Source: an uncultured Bacteroidales bacterium (GTDB lineage Bacteria > Bacteroidota > Bacteroidia > Bacteroidales > Bacteroidaceae). From it: a stretch of 64,000 nucleotides of DNA. The translations under genes and the position numbers were made by a program. This document shows positions 29,187 to 40,067 of the stretch, piece after piece. The notes beneath the pieces are model-generated. The model was not told where the DNA came from. It saw only the letters and a list, made by a program, of their open reading frames with translations, and searched no databases. Each line of letters starts with the position of its first letter. Position 1 is the first letter of the stretch. The DNA lies in assembly GCA_937916465.1 (NCBI GenBank), contig CALFTK010000021.1, forward strand, positions 35,297 through 99,296, read 5' to 3'.

Positions 29187-30325
29187 TGACTGAATCTATC
29201 CATATAGTAGAAGTAAAGAGCCGTAAAGAGCTTGACAGGTTTATCAAGTTCAACTATAAACTGTATAAAGGGAATAAATATGCAGTTCCGGAACTATATA
29301 GTGATATGGTAAACAACTTTACTCCAAATGGAAATGCAGCACTTGAATTTTGTGATTTAGTGCTATTCAACGCCTATTGCGAAAACACTATAGTAGGGCG
29401 TATAGCAGGTATAATTAACCACAAAGCCAATAATGTCTGGAACAGAAGAGTAGTTCGTTTTGGTTGGATAGACTATATAGACAATAAAGATGTATCCAAA
29501 GCTTTGCTTGATGCTGTAGAAAACTGGGGCAGAACACAGGGTATGACAGAAATAGAGGGTCCGTTGGGCTTTACCGATTTTGACCCTGAAGGTATGCTTA
29601 CCGATGGTTTTGACCAATTGGGTACTATGGCCACCAATTATAACTACCCTTATTATGCTGAACATCTGGAAGCATTAGGCTATGAAACATCAGCAAACTG
29701 GGTGGAGTGGCAGATTCCGTTCGATGTTATACCCGAAAAGATGAGCAGACTGGCAGATGTTGTGCTAAAACGATACAATCTGCACGTAGCAGAGTTCGGG
29801 AAAAGCAAATCGGATGAAGCCAAGAGATATGCTACAAAACTATTTGAACTTGTAAATGAAGCATACGCACCTCTATATGGATATTCTGCATTCTCCGATA
29901 AACAGATAGCGGATTATGTTAAGCGTTATCTTAAACTTATAGATAAAAGACTGGTAGTTATTATTCTGGATGAAAACGAAGAGCCTATAGCTGCCGGTCT
30001 CATTATGGCATCACTATCCAGAGCATTGCAGAAATCTAAAGGTTATATGTTTCCATTCGGATGGTGGCATTTGGCTAAGGCATTGTGGTGGAAACATGAC
30101 AACATAGTAGATTTGATGTTTCTGGCTATCAAACCGGAATATCAGAATAAAGGCCTCAATTCAGTTATGTTCAACAGGCTTATTCCTATAGCCAAAGAGA
30201 TGGGATTTAAAGTAGCGGAGAGCAATCCTGAACTGGATAACAATAGCAAGATGCAAGCCCATTGGAACTATTTTGAGGGCGCACATATACATAAACGTAG
30301 AAAAGCTTTTAGAAAAGATATATAA
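29186..30325 (+). CDS. GNAT-like acyltransferase-family protein, paralogue 2
   Basis: 379 aa with [20 protein letters not shown]. Its start overlaps the stop of paralogue 1 (TAATG). Confidence 0.5.
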   Translation: MTESIHIVEVKSRKELDRFIKFNYKLYKGNKYAVPELYSDMVNNFTPNGNAALEFCDLVLFNAYCENTIVGRIAGIINHKANNVWNRRVVRFGWIDYIDNKDVSKALLDAVENWGRTQGMTEIEGPLGFTDFDPEGMLTDGFDQLGTMATNYNYPYYAEHLEALGYETSANWVEWQIPFDVIPEKMSRLADVVLKRYNLHVAEFGKSKSDEAKRYATKLFELVNEAYAPLYGYSAFSDKQIADYVKRYLKLIDKRLVVIILDENEEPIAAGLIMASLSRALQKSKGYMFPFGWWHLAKALWWKHDNIVDLMFLAIKPEYQNKGLNSVMFNRLIPIAKEMGFKVAESNPELDNNSKMQAHWNYFEGAHIHKRRKAFRKDI

Positions 30326-30326
30326 T

Positions 30327-32297
30327 ATGGCAGACGAGGCATTGTTTGATGAAAATTTAGATGGTATAGTTCAACCGGAACAGGTTCGTTACGATGAAGA
30401 GAATATACGCCACATGAGCGATATGGATCATATTCGTAATCGCCCCGGTATGTATATAGGTAAGTTGGGTGATGGCTCTCAACCGGACGACGGTGTCTAT
30501 GTCCTGATGAAGGAGATAATAGACAACAGTGTAGATGAATTTAGAATGGCCGCAGGCAAACGTATAGAGATAGATTTGGAGAATAATACGGTAGTAAGAA
30601 TACGTGACTATGGCCGCGGTATCCCTCAAGGCAAACTGGTGGAAGCAGTCAGTGTTTTGAATACCGGTGGTAAATTTGATAGTAAAGCATTTAAAAAGAG
30701 TGTCGGTTTGAATGGTGTGGGCTTGAAAGCAGTTAATGCGCTGAGTTCAGCCTTTACAGTGAGCAGTTATCGCGACGGTGTGGTACGAACTTTAAACTTT
30801 GCCAAAGGCAATCTGTTAAACGATGTTACCGAGAAAACCAATGACGAAAATGGTACAATGATATGCTTTGAACCGGATAAGACACTGTTTGTGAACTATT
30901 CTTTTCGTGCTGCCATTATTGAGACTATGCTCAGGAACTATGCCTATCTGAATACCGGTCTTACCATAATGTATAACGGACAGCGCATAGTATCCAGAAA
31001 CGGTTTGGAAGATCTGCTTGTAGAACGTATGAGTTCCGAAAGCCTATATCCAATAATACATCTAAAAGCCGATGACATAGAGATAGCCTTTACTCATGCC
31101 AATCAATATGGAGAAGAGTACTATTCGTTTGTAAACGGACAATATACGTCGCAAGGCGGAACGCATCAGAGTGCATTCAAAGAACACATAGCCAAAACAA
31201 TTAAAGAGTTCTATAACAAGAACCAGGAAGCATGCGATATTAGAAACGGTATTGTGGCTGCCATAGCAGTAAACGTGGAAGAACCGGTGTTTGAAAGCCA
31301 GACCAAAATCAAATTGGGTTCAACCACCACAAGCCCAAATGGTGGAATGTCTTTGAATAAGTTTATAGGCGATTTCATTAAAAAAGAGGTAGATGATTAT
31401 CTGCATAAGAACAGCCAAATAACCGATGTGCTGCTGCAAAAAATTCAGGAATCGGAAAAAGAGCGTAAAGCTATAGCCGGTGTAACAAAACTGGCTCGTG
31501 AACGTGCTAAAAAGGCAAATCTGCATAATAAGAAACTGGCTGACTGCCGAGTCCACCTGAACGATTCCAAAGGTACGCAGCAGGAAGATAGCTGCATATT
31601 TATAACCGAGGGTGATTCTGCCAGTGGTTCAATAACAAAGAGCCGCGATGTTAATACACAGGCAGTATTTAGTCTAAGAGGTAAACCACTGAACTGTTTT
31701 GGGCTAACCAAAAAGGTGGTATATGAAAACGAAGAGTTTAACCTGTTGCAAGCGGCTTTGAATATAGAAGACGGACTGGAAGGACTCCGTTACAACAAAA
31801 TAATTGTTGCAACCGATGCCGATGTAGATGGTATGCATATACGTCTGCTAATGATAACCTTCTTCCTTCAGTTCTTCCCGGAATTGATAAAGAAAGGACA
31901 CGTTTATATACTGCAGACTCCTCTTTTCCGCGTAAGAAACAAGCGCAGAGGTAAAAAGGGTTTGGATAATGTAGAAGGTGTTGTTACCAGAAAAGGTGAA
32001 TTTGAAACTATCTACTGCTATAACAACGAAGAACGATTGGAAGCAATAGAAAAACTAAGCCCAAATCCGGAAATTACCCGATTCAAAGGTCTTGGTGAAA
32101 TATCGCCCGATGAATTCAAAAACTTCATAGGTGCCGATATGCGTTTGGAACGTGTTACTCTGCAAAAGACTGACGATGTGGAGAATCTACTATCATTCTA
32201 TATGGGAAAAAATACCATGGAAAGGCAGAATTTCATTATAGACAATCTGATAGTAGAGCAGGATTTGATAGAAGAAGACGAAGGAGAAAAATTTTAA
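30327..32297 (+). CDS. parE: DNA topoisomerase IV subunit B (type IIA topoisomerase ATPase subunit)
   Basis: GHKL ATPase and TOPRIM motifs: [37 protein letters not shown] and [10 protein letters not shown] chose the ATG at 30327 (MADEALF) rather than the track start at 30273, which overlaps the upstream gene. Confidence 0.75.
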   Translation: MADEALFDENLDGIVQPEQVRYDEENIRHMSDMDHIRNRPGMYIGKLGDGSQPDDGVYVLMKEIIDNSVDEFRMAAGKRIEIDLENNTVVRIRDYGRGIPQGKLVEAVSVLNTGGKFDSKAFKKSVGLNGVGLKAVNALSSAFTVSSYRDGVVRTLNFAKGNLLNDVTEKTNDENGTMICFEPDKTLFVNYSFRAAIIETMLRNYAYLNTGLTIMYNGQRIVSRNGLEDLLVERMSSESLYPIIHLKADDIEIAFTHANQYGEEYYSFVNGQYTSQGGTHQSAFKEHIAKTIKEFYNKNQEACDIRNGIVAAIAVNVEEPVFESQTKIKLGSTTTSPNGGMSLNKFIGDFIKKEVDDYLHKNSQITDVLLQKIQESEKERKAIAGVTKLARERAKKANLHNKKLADCRVHLNDSKGTQQEDSCIFITEGDSASGSITKSRDVNTQAVFSLRGKPLNCFGLTKKVVYENEEFNLLQAALNIEDGLEGLRYNKIIVATDADVDGMHIRLLMITFFLQFFPELIKKGHVYILQTPLFRVRNKRRGKKGLDNVEGVVTRKGEFETIYCYNNEERLEAIEKLSPNPEITRFKGLGEISPDEFKNFIGADMRLERVTLQKTDDVENLLSFYMGKNTMERQNFIIDNLIVEQDLIEEDEGEKF

Positions 32298-32307
32298 CTA
32301 TACACAA

Positions 32308-32757
32308 ATGAAACTACTGTTCCCGGGCACTTTTGACCCATTTACAATAGGCCACGCAGATATTGTAGAGCGTGCATTGCGTTTTGCCGATGAATTGGTT
32401 ATAGCAGTTGGCATAAACGAAAACAAGAAGACTATGTTCGATGTAGATGAACGTCTGTCCGCCATAAAAGAGTACTACAAAGCCAATCCTAAAGTAAAGG
32501 TTATAGGGTACGATAGCTTTACATCCGATGCAGTGCGTTCAGAAGGAGCCGATGCTATTCTGCGTGGGGTTCGTTCCGTTGCCGATTACGAGTACGAACG
32601 CAATATGGCCGATATAAACGCCACTTTGGAAAATGTAGAGACCATATTTCTATGTTCATCGCCTACGGTACAACATATAAGTAGTAGTCTGATAAGAGAG
32701 ATGATAAACTTTGGCCGTCCTATAGATGGTTTGGTAATAGACACATTCAATATCTGA
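32308..32757 (+). CDS. coaD: Phosphopantetheine adenylyltransferase
   Basis: 149 aa with the motif FPGTFDPFTIGHADIVERA. Confidence 0.9.
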   Translation: MKLLFPGTFDPFTIGHADIVERALRFADELVIAVGINENKKTMFDVDERLSAIKEYYKANPKVKVIGYDSFTSDAVRSEGADAILRGVRSVADYEYERNMADINATLENVETIFLCSSPTVQHISSSLIREMINFGRPIDGLVIDTFNI

Positions 32758-32760
32758 TTT

Positions 32761-34320
32761 ATGAAAAGATTTACATTCACTATATGGTTGTTGGTTGCCA
32801 TTATTTTGCAAGTAAGTGCCCAGCAGACTATCGATTCCCAACTCCAAAAGCTTTTGATAGCAGAAAGTGCTATTGAAAATCTTTATGTTGATAAGATAGA
32901 CAATGCAGAACTTGTTGAATCTGCCATACGTGGTATGTTGAAAGAACTGGATCCACATTCAACATATCTAACTCCTGATGAGGTTGAAAAATCGAATGAA
33001 TCGTTACAAGGTAATTTCGATGGCATAGGCATCCAATTCAATATGATTGAAGATACCCTGTTTGTGGTACAGCCACTGCCAAACGGACCATCTGAAAAGG
33101 TAGGTATTCTGGCAGGCGATAGAATAATAACTGTTAACGATACCACTATAGCAGGTGTGAAAATGTCGCAAGAAAACATTATGAAGCGACTTCGCGGTCC
33201 AAAAGGTACAGAAGTTAAAATAGGTGTAAAGCGTCAGGGGCTGGATGAACTTGTCTATTTCAATGTTATACGTGACAAAATTCCGGTGAATACAGTAGAT
33301 GCGGCATATATGGCTGCCGATGGCGTAGGTTATATAAAGGTATCAAGTTTTGGACTTACCACACTGCAGGAATTTCGAGAAAAGATGAAAGAACTGCAGT
33401 CTGCCGGAGCAAAATCGCTAATACTTGATTTACAAGGTAACGGTGGTGGTTATCTGCATGCAGCTGTAGAATTAGCAAATGAATTCCTGGAGCGTGACCA
33501 GTTGATAGTATATACAGAAGGTCGTCGTTCACCACGTAGTGGTTACCGAGCTACCGGGAATGGTATGTTCAGAAAGGGTAAACTGGTAGTGCTTATAGAT
33601 GAATTCTCTGCATCTGCTTCGGAAATTGTATCGGGAGCAATTCAGGACTGGGACAGAGGAACAGTGGTAGGGCGCCGATCATTTGGAAAAGGATTAGTAC
33701 AGCGTCCCATAGAATTCCATGATGGGTCAATGATAAGACTTACCATAGCACAGTATTTTACTCCTGTAGGTCGTTGCATACAGAAACCATACGGAGAAGA
33801 TATTGATTATGCTGCCGATATAGTAAAACGACTTGAAAGTGGCGAACTAACAAATGCCGATAGCATACATCTTCCGGATTCACTTAAGTATCAGACAAAA
33901 ATAAAAGGTAGAACGGTATATGGCGGTGGTGGAATAATGCCCGACGTGTTTGTACCACTTGATACCACCAGAACAAATAAATATTACAGTGAAGTAACTG
34001 CTAAAGGTTGTGTGCTGCAAACATCGCTTTCATACGTAGAAAAACATCGTAAGCAATTGGAACGTAGATATAAGACATACGAATCATTCAATGAAAAGTT
34101 TATCATAGACGATGATATATTGCAATTACTACAAGATAAAGCATTGGCAGCTAATGTGGATTTTGATGAAAAACAATGGAATGAAGTGTTGCCTATCTTT
34201 AAAATTCAGCTTAAATCGTTGATTGCCAGAAATATCTGGAGTATGAATGAGTATTATCAATCTATGTCGGAATTGGATGATATTCTTCAACAGGCGTTGA
34301 AACTATTAGATACAGAGTAA
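32761..34320 (+). CDS. S41-family C-terminal processing peptidase
   Basis: 519 aa with a signal peptide, a PDZ segment, LDLQGNGGG, the catalytic Ser context FSASASEIV, and Lys in RRSFGKG. Confidence 0.85.
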   Translation: MKRFTFTIWLLVAIILQVSAQQTIDSQLQKLLIAESAIENLYVDKIDNAELVESAIRGMLKELDPHSTYLTPDEVEKSNESLQGNFDGIGIQFNMIEDTLFVVQPLPNGPSEKVGILAGDRIITVNDTTIAGVKMSQENIMKRLRGPKGTEVKIGVKRQGLDELVYFNVIRDKIPVNTVDAAYMAADGVGYIKVSSFGLTTLQEFREKMKELQSAGAKSLILDLQGNGGGYLHAAVELANEFLERDQLIVYTEGRRSPRSGYRATGNGMFRKGKLVVLIDEFSASASEIVSGAIQDWDRGTVVGRRSFGKGLVQRPIEFHDGSMIRLTIAQYFTPVGRCIQKPYGEDIDYAADIVKRLESGELTNADSIHLPDSLKYQTKIKGRTVYGGGGIMPDVFVPLDTTRTNKYYSEVTAKGCVLQTSLSYVEKHRKQLERRYKTYESFNEKFIIDDDILQLLQDKALAANVDFDEKQWNEVLPIFKIQLKSLIARNIWSMNEYYQSMSELDDILQQALKLLDTE

Positions 34321-34361
34321 TGTTTTTGCATCATACAGCAGCAAAAAATGAATTATTATTG

Positions 34362-34369
34362 TACTTTTG
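34362..34369 (+). promoter_or_regulatory. -7 promoter box (TACTTTTG) upstream of the GPH transporter gene
   Basis: TAnnTTTG match 48 nt upstream of the ATG. Confidence 0.4.
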
Positions 34370-34416
34370 CGATAATTAATAGTGATTATACTAATTATTA
34401 AACAATTTATAAAATT

Positions 34417-35826
34417 ATGTCAAACAACGAGAATGCGGGTTTTTATAAACTCAATTGGGTGCAGCGCATAGGTTTCGGTGCAGGTGATATGGCTCAGAAC
34501 CTTATCTACCAGACCATCAGTATGTGGCTGCTCTTCTTCTATACCAATGTATTTGGTATTAAACCGGGTGTTGCAGCAACAATGTTCCTTATTGTACGTA
34601 TTATTGACGTTATTTGGGATCCTATTGTAGGTGCTTTTGTTGATAAGAAAAATCCAAAGATGGGTAAGTACCGTTCATATCTGGTACTTGGTGGTATTCC
34701 TCTTACAGGTTTTGCTATTCTCTGCTTCTGGAACGGGTTCTCAGGTTCATTGCTCTATGCTTACATCACTTACGTAGGTATGTCAATGTGTTACACTTTA
34801 GTAAATGTTCCTTACGGTGCTCTGAATGCATCACTAACACGTGACACTCATGAAATTACAGTACTAACATCAACTCGTATGTTTATGGCAAACCTTGGTG
34901 GTCTTGCTGTATCTATGGGTATTCCTATCTTGGTTAAGTACTTTGCTAAAGGTAGTGAATTGGTAGGTGAACAGGCTATGCCTAACGACGGTCGTGCTTG
35001 GTTCCTCACTATGTTGGTATATTCATTGGTAGGTCTATTCTTCCTTATCTTCTGTTATTCACAGACTAAGGAAAGAGTGGTTATGGATCAGAAAGAGACA
35101 GAAAACGTTAAGGTTTCTGACCTCTGGACCGAATTTGGCCGTAACAAACCATTGCGTATATTAGCATTCTTCTTTATCACAGCATTTGCTATGATGTCAG
35201 TAGGTAATGCAGCAGGTTCATACTATATGCAGTATAACATTGGTTCAACAGCAGAACAGATGTCACTCTTTATGGGCTTGGGTTCAATTCCTGCATTTAT
35301 CTTTATGCCATTGGTTCCTGCTATCAAGAAAATGGTTGGTAAGAAAGGTATGTTCTATATCTTCTTGAGCACAGCTATCTTCGGTATGGCGCTTCTTTAC
35401 ATTGTATCAGTAGTTCCAGCATTAAGATCACAGATGTGGATTGTTTATCTGGCACAGTTTGTAAAATCAACAGGTGTTATTGTTGCTACAGGTTATATGT
35501 GGGCTCTTGTTCCTGAAGTAATTGCATACGGTGAATATACTACAGGTAGAAGAATCTCAGGTATTGTAAATGCTCTTACAGGTATCTTCTTCAAGGCCGG
35601 TATGGCTCTTGGTGGTGTTGTTCCTGGTTTGGTACTCGCATGGACCAGCTTTGATGCAGAAATGGCAACTCAGCCAGATTCAGCATTACAGGGTATTCTC
35701 TGGTTGGTATGCGTAATTCCGGCTATCCTCTTGGTATTGGCTATGTGGATTATCAGCAAATACGAACTTTCTGACGAAAGAATGGACGAAATCAACAAGG
35801 CTATTGAAGCTAAAGCTAAAGCATAA
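34417..35826 (+). CDS. Glycoside-pentoside-hexuronide (GPH):cation symporter, MFS superfamily
   Basis: 469 aa with 12 TM helices. The N-terminal segment RIGFGAGDMAQNLIYQTISMWLLFFYTNVFGI...RIIDVIWDPIVGAFVDK is typical of the MelB/YicJ/XynT family. Confidence 0.8.
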   Translation: MSNNENAGFYKLNWVQRIGFGAGDMAQNLIYQTISMWLLFFYTNVFGIKPGVAATMFLIVRIIDVIWDPIVGAFVDKKNPKMGKYRSYLVLGGIPLTGFAILCFWNGFSGSLLYAYITYVGMSMCYTLVNVPYGALNASLTRDTHEITVLTSTRMFMANLGGLAVSMGIPILVKYFAKGSELVGEQAMPNDGRAWFLTMLVYSLVGLFFLIFCYSQTKERVVMDQKETENVKVSDLWTEFGRNKPLRILAFFFITAFAMMSVGNAAGSYYMQYNIGSTAEQMSLFMGLGSIPAFIFMPLVPAIKKMVGKKGMFYIFLSTAIFGMALLYIVSVVPALRSQMWIVYLAQFVKSTGVIVATGYMWALVPEVIAYGEYTTGRRISGIVNALTGIFFKAGMALGGVVPGLVLAWTSFDAEMATQPDSALQGILWLVCVIPAILLVLAMWIISKYELSDERMDEINKAIEAKAKA

Positions 35827-35852
35827 TAGCAATTAACATTCAATCTATTTAT

Positions 35853-35892
35853 AGAGGGTGATAGGCACTATGTCTATCATCCTCTTTTTTTC
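35853..35892. terminator. Hairpin plus T-run between convergent genes
   Basis: 12-bp stem agagggtgatag/ctatcatcctct (one G-T pair) followed by a T-run. Confidence 0.55.
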
Positions 35893-35940
35893 AAAATACC
35901 CCATTTCATCGGTATTTTTTTTGCCTCTTAATAACGTCTT

Positions 35941-38490
35941 TTATTCAATCTGCTTAATTTGTCCAATATAATCGTTATTGAGAATATGGTTTGCAGCTAT
36001 AACCATATACATAAACCAGGTGGTATGTCCACCCATACAATACTCTCCTTGTTGCCAAATAAATGGATATTTGAGCCATTCAGGAAGATCCGGTCTTATA
36101 AGGTTTGTTCCTGGAGTTACACCACCGGGTATGTATGACCATTCAGCACGGTTTGTTCCATAGGCCATAGTGGCCGATTCTGCACCAACGCCGGAAACTA
36201 ATGATGCTTGATTTTGCCCGGGATGAACACCTAATAGATAATTGATAGCATTAAAGATGTAGTCCGGTTCAAATATGTCAGGATATGATTGTACCAGATA
36301 GCAGTAATTATATGCAAGGTGCTGTGGCTCCCATGAACCTGACGAACTATTCCCTCTATTCTCCGGTATTCCGTATGGGTTTTGTTTACTATAAGCAGTG
36401 TACATATCTTTTAACCCAGGCAGAGCTTCACGTATTGCTTTTGAAAATTTCTTATTGTTGATAGCTTGGTCAAAGCGCCCTATGAACCAACCTGTTTGTG
36501 TAATGTTCTTACAGATATGTTCTTGCTCAGAAAGTATGTAATCACTATACTTCTTATTTTTTGTGGTTAGATATAGTTCAACTGCTGCGTGAAGTCTTGT
36601 TGTTTTAAGTCTATTGTTGTCTGGAAGGGAATCATACAGTGTTTCTGCAATTTCCAGACACTTTACAGAGAGCGTGTCGTTATGACCGCGCAAAACACGG
36701 CTTATTCCTGCCAACCATGCTGATACTTGTATTTCACGTGATGGATTCTCTTCTGTAAACACCCACCTGTCATCAGTGTTTCCACTAACTCCATCGGTGT
36801 GCGCCGAGGCATCGCCCAAATGAACGTACTGACGTACTGTAGGACATAATATACCTCTGTATAATCTTCCCAATGCGTTCCAACCTGCAACTATTGTTAA
36901 GGCTCCATTTTCTACCTGTTGAAGCATATCGTTCTTACCATCAGGCTGATGTAATTCAACTATGTGGTTGTTGAAATCTATAGACGTTTCATCCCAATAT
37001 ACGTTGTAGTTATCATGGGCCATTGCAAGCAGATATGCTTCGCCAGCCTGGGATTCTATGCGTAAATCGTAATCGCCGGCATCGTGCCAACCGCCTATAT
37101 TGAGTCCCGGGACAATATCTCCCGGCTGATATTTGCAAAGTGTCGATTCTCCCTGTGAATAGCCATCAATATGATTAATGCCTGTTGGTGCCATACGTGC
37201 ATCATCGTGGTGACAATAGTCGTGCCATACTCTATATTTTTCATTAACACGCATATGGCACATCTGGATAGGGAGGAAATACTCTAACTCTGTTTGCCAT
37301 ACACCTTTATTATATATTTGCGGATCTATTTGGAAAATAGGTGAAAATGAATCGCCATATTTTACTTGATATATGCCTGTTTGTGTTATGTCGCTAAAAT
37401 CGAACTGCAGATAGTTATAACGCCAAAACATTCCCCATTTATGAGCATCTGTTTTTTTTACAGTTTTAGTTCCATCTGCAGTGATATGTAGCAATTCAAC
37501 CTGTTTTATTTCATTGTCGCGATGGTCTAATTCAATTATTGCTACTTTTTTCTGTTTTGGATGGTAGCCTACCTGCGATGTCTGTACTACCGGTTTATAT
37601 CTCCATTCTTCTGTTACAGTGGGCTTTACTTTCCATTCGGCTACTCTGCCTTTGTCGCCTGCTTTGAATTCTGTACGTAATACAAACCATCCGTTGTTGT
37701 GGTTCATCCTGCCATCGTATAATTTCAAATCGCCTTTAAGCGATTCTATGGTTATGCGACTTAACTCGTCGTGTGGGTTTAACACAAATTTTTTACCTAT
37801 GGCCAAAGGGGCACTAACAACATCGTCAGCTACCATTGGGTTGAATACGCTACGGTCTGGAACCAGTATTTCAAGTTTGGCTCTACTTCTTGGATTAAAA
37901 TTGCCTACGTTGTCAAAATTGGAATTTTGTGACATTGTTGGGCCTGTAACTTGTCTGGGAAAGACACCTACTTGTTCATCCATTATCCAGGGCTTACCTA
38001 TCAGTGTGGCAGGGACGAGTTCCAGGTTGAAGCCTATTTTACCTTCATATAGTTCAGGTACCTCTCTATCTAGATTGACCGTAAATAGCAGATAATCGTC
38101 AACGGCTTTTACATTGAGCGTATAATTGAAGACGAAATCGGTATAAACCATAGGGTTAAAACCCGATAAATGTTTTGTTGAATCGGGATAGCATAATTCT
38201 ACAGTAATGCTGCCATCATTATTTACTGTACGTTTCTTTATTTTAGGAAGTCCTTGCCATTGTCCCGGCGATGTTTCCATACGAACATCACCACAGCCTG
38301 CCCATCGGTTGCCATTGAGTACAATTGTAATTCCACCTTGATGTCCTTCAGGATATATATCATTGAATACCATTACGTTAGCTCCGTGGCTTTCGAAATA
38401 CCCTTTGGAATTGATTTTAAAATCTTGAGCGTTGATGCAAATTGTAATAAGCATCAGGATGGTTGTAGTTAGTAGTTTTCTCATATACAT
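35941..38490 (-). CDS. Glycoside hydrolase family 9 enzyme with an N-terminal Ig-like extension
   Basis: 849 aa with a signal peptide and the GH9 signature NIGGWHDAGDYDLRIESQ. Confidence 0.75.
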   Translation of the reverse strand: MYMRKLLTTTILMLITICINAQDFKINSKGYFESHGANVMVFNDIYPEGHQGGITIVLNGNRWAGCGDVRMETSPGQWQGLPKIKKRTVNNDGSITVELCYPDSTKHLSGFNPMVYTDFVFNYTLNVKAVDDYLLFTVNLDREVPELYEGKIGFNLELVPATLIGKPWIMDEQVGVFPRQVTGPTMSQNSNFDNVGNFNPRSRAKLEILVPDRSVFNPMVADDVVSAPLAIGKKFVLNPHDELSRITIESLKGDLKLYDGRMNHNNGWFVLRTEFKAGDKGRVAEWKVKPTVTEEWRYKPVVQTSQVGYHPKQKKVAIIELDHRDNEIKQVELLHITADGTKTVKKTDAHKWGMFWRYNYLQFDFSDITQTGIYQVKYGDSFSPIFQIDPQIYNKGVWQTELEYFLPIQMCHMRVNEKYRVWHDYCHHDDARMAPTGINHIDGYSQGESTLCKYQPGDIVPGLNIGGWHDAGDYDLRIESQAGEAYLLAMAHDNYNVYWDETSIDFNNHIVELHQPDGKNDMLQQVENGALTIVAGWNALGRLYRGILCPTVRQYVHLGDASAHTDGVSGNTDDRWVFTEENPSREIQVSAWLAGISRVLRGHNDTLSVKCLEIAETLYDSLPDNNRLKTTRLHAAVELYLTTKNKKYSDYILSEQEHICKNITQTGWFIGRFDQAINNKKFSKAIREALPGLKDMYTAYSKQNPYGIPENRGNSSSGSWEPQHLAYNYCYLVQSYPDIFEPDYIFNAINYLLGVHPGQNQASLVSGVGAESATMAYGTNRAEWSYIPGGVTPGTNLIRPDLPEWLKYPFIWQQGEYCMGGHTTWFMYMVIAANHILNNDYIGQIKQIE

Positions 38491-38504
38491 TATAATTTGA
38501 TAAC

Positions 38505-38532
38505 AAAACAGATGGGGTAGCCCATCTGTTTT
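38505..38532 (-). terminator. Hairpin downstream of the polyferredoxin gene
   Basis: 12-bp perfect stem aaaacagatggg/cccatctgtttt with a 4-nt loop. The T-tract on the minus strand is weak. Confidence 0.35.
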
Positions 38533-38543
38533 GTATTGTAAGT

Positions 38544-40055
38544 TTAGAATCCGAATCCGAAGTCTTCTACAGCTTCACGTTTGGTGTTTTCCGGTTCTTT
38601 TGCTTCTAAATGTACTTCGTTACCATTAATAAAGATGGCTTTAACCGGACATATAAATTCACATCCACCACAGCCTACACACAGTTCCGGGTGAATTTCC
38701 GGAATAGTTATGCCATTTTTGTAAGGCACCATTCTGACAGCTTGGGTTGGGCAGTGTTCTGCACAAGCTCCACAACTGGTCCCGTTTACTTCTACCACAC
38801 ATTTACACTGTGAAAAGGCTACCTTACCGGGCTGGGTTTTATGTTTCTGCTCTACAGTAAGAGGTTTGATAGCTCCGTTTGGACAGATTTCGCTACAAAC
38901 TGTGCAATCGTAGTTACAATAGCCTTTGTCGAACTTCATTACAGGCTGCATTATTCCGCCTATACCATACTCCAGACCGGCTGGTTTAAGTACGTTAGAT
39001 GGACATTTGCTTATGCATAGATGACAGGCTGTACAGTGCTGCAACAGGTTTTTGTGGCTTATAGAACCCGGAGGTGACAATGGTGTGAGCTCCTCTCTGA
39101 TTTTGCAGCCGCAAGCGTGTTCTGCAGCCTTGGTGGTAAGAGTTGCCGGTACCATTGTTGCTACTGCCAATGCAGATTTCAAGAACTGACGTTTAGATTC
39201 ATCTACAGCAACAGGTGCAACGCTCTCTTTTGAAGACTTTTTCCATGAAGGAACATATTTGATTGCGTTCTGTTTGCAGTTGTCTATGCAGTCAAAACAA
39301 GTTACGCAACGTGAATGGTCTATAGTCTGGTTTGCTGAATCTATACAGTATGCTTTACATTTACGACTGCATAAAGAACAGTGGTTACATTTGTCTGTAT
39401 CTATCTGTACCTTAAATACAGAGAATCTTGATAATCCTCCCAAAACAGTTCCAACAGGACAGATAGTGTTACACCAGGTTCTGCCAAATTTGAATGATAT
39501 GAAACCTATAATTCCTAATGTGAGTACAGCTACTATAAACGATGTAACAGACCTTATGGTCAGTTCTACAAAGAAGAATGTGTAACTGCCTGTCTTTTCA
39601 GATATTACAGCAAGCAGATTGTTGCCCAATATGTAAAGTGGTTTGAATAACTGTGTTGCCATACGTCCGTATGCACTATACGGCTCTACAAGACTTACCA
39701 AGAAGGTAAAACCAAATATCCAGGCAATGATAAGTGCTGCCAAAACACCCCATCTTAACCAAGGGCGTTCAGGTTTATAACCGAACTTCTTTTTCTTGTT
39801 CGTCTTTTTTGCTATCCAGTTGAATAGATCCTGAAATATACCTAATGGGCATATAACAGAACAATATACTCTGCCAAACAGAAGCGTACCCACCACTAAT
39901 ATTATAAGAGTGGCTATGCTTAATGAAAACAATGCCGGTGCAAACTGAATTTTTTGCAACCAGGGGTTTTCAATAACTCCTGCAAAATCAATAAAACCGA
40001 ATGTAAGGATTGCTATGACTGCAATAGCCAAAACAACTCTAATCTTTTTTAGCAT
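38544..40055 (-). CDS. Membrane-anchored polyferredoxin (multiple 4Fe-4S domains, NapH/MauN-like N-terminus)
   Basis: 503 aa with N-terminal TM helices and six CxxCxxCxxxC(P)-type clusters, e.g. CNHCSLCSRKC, CTACHLCISKCP, CGACAEHCP and CVGCGGCEFICP. Confidence 0.75.
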   Translation of the reverse strand: MLKKIRVVLAIAVIAILTFGFIDFAGVIENPWLQKIQFAPALFSLSIATLIILVVGTLLFGRVYCSVICPLGIFQDLFNWIAKKTNKKKKFGYKPERPWLRWGVLAALIIAWIFGFTFLVSLVEPYSAYGRMATQLFKPLYILGNNLLAVISEKTGSYTFFFVELTIRSVTSFIVAVLTLGIIGFISFKFGRTWCNTICPVGTVLGGLSRFSVFKVQIDTDKCNHCSLCSRKCKAYCIDSANQTIDHSRCVTCFDCIDNCKQNAIKYVPSWKKSSKESVAPVAVDESKRQFLKSALAVATMVPATLTTKAAEHACGCKIREELTPLSPPGSISHKNLLQHCTACHLCISKCPSNVLKPAGLEYGIGGIMQPVMKFDKGYCNYDCTVCSEICPNGAIKPLTVEQKHKTQPGKVAFSQCKCVVEVNGTSCGACAEHCPTQAVRMVPYKNGITIPEIHPELCVGCGGCEFICPVKAIFINGNEVHLEAKEPENTKREAVEDFGFGF

Positions 40056-40067
40056 AATGAATTAGTG

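Noticed and set aside
30273-30326. The upstream start of parE overlapping the GNAT paralogue.
   Set aside because: The ATG at 30327 ([13 protein letters not shown]) follows the upstream stop directly. The extension lies inside the preceding gene.
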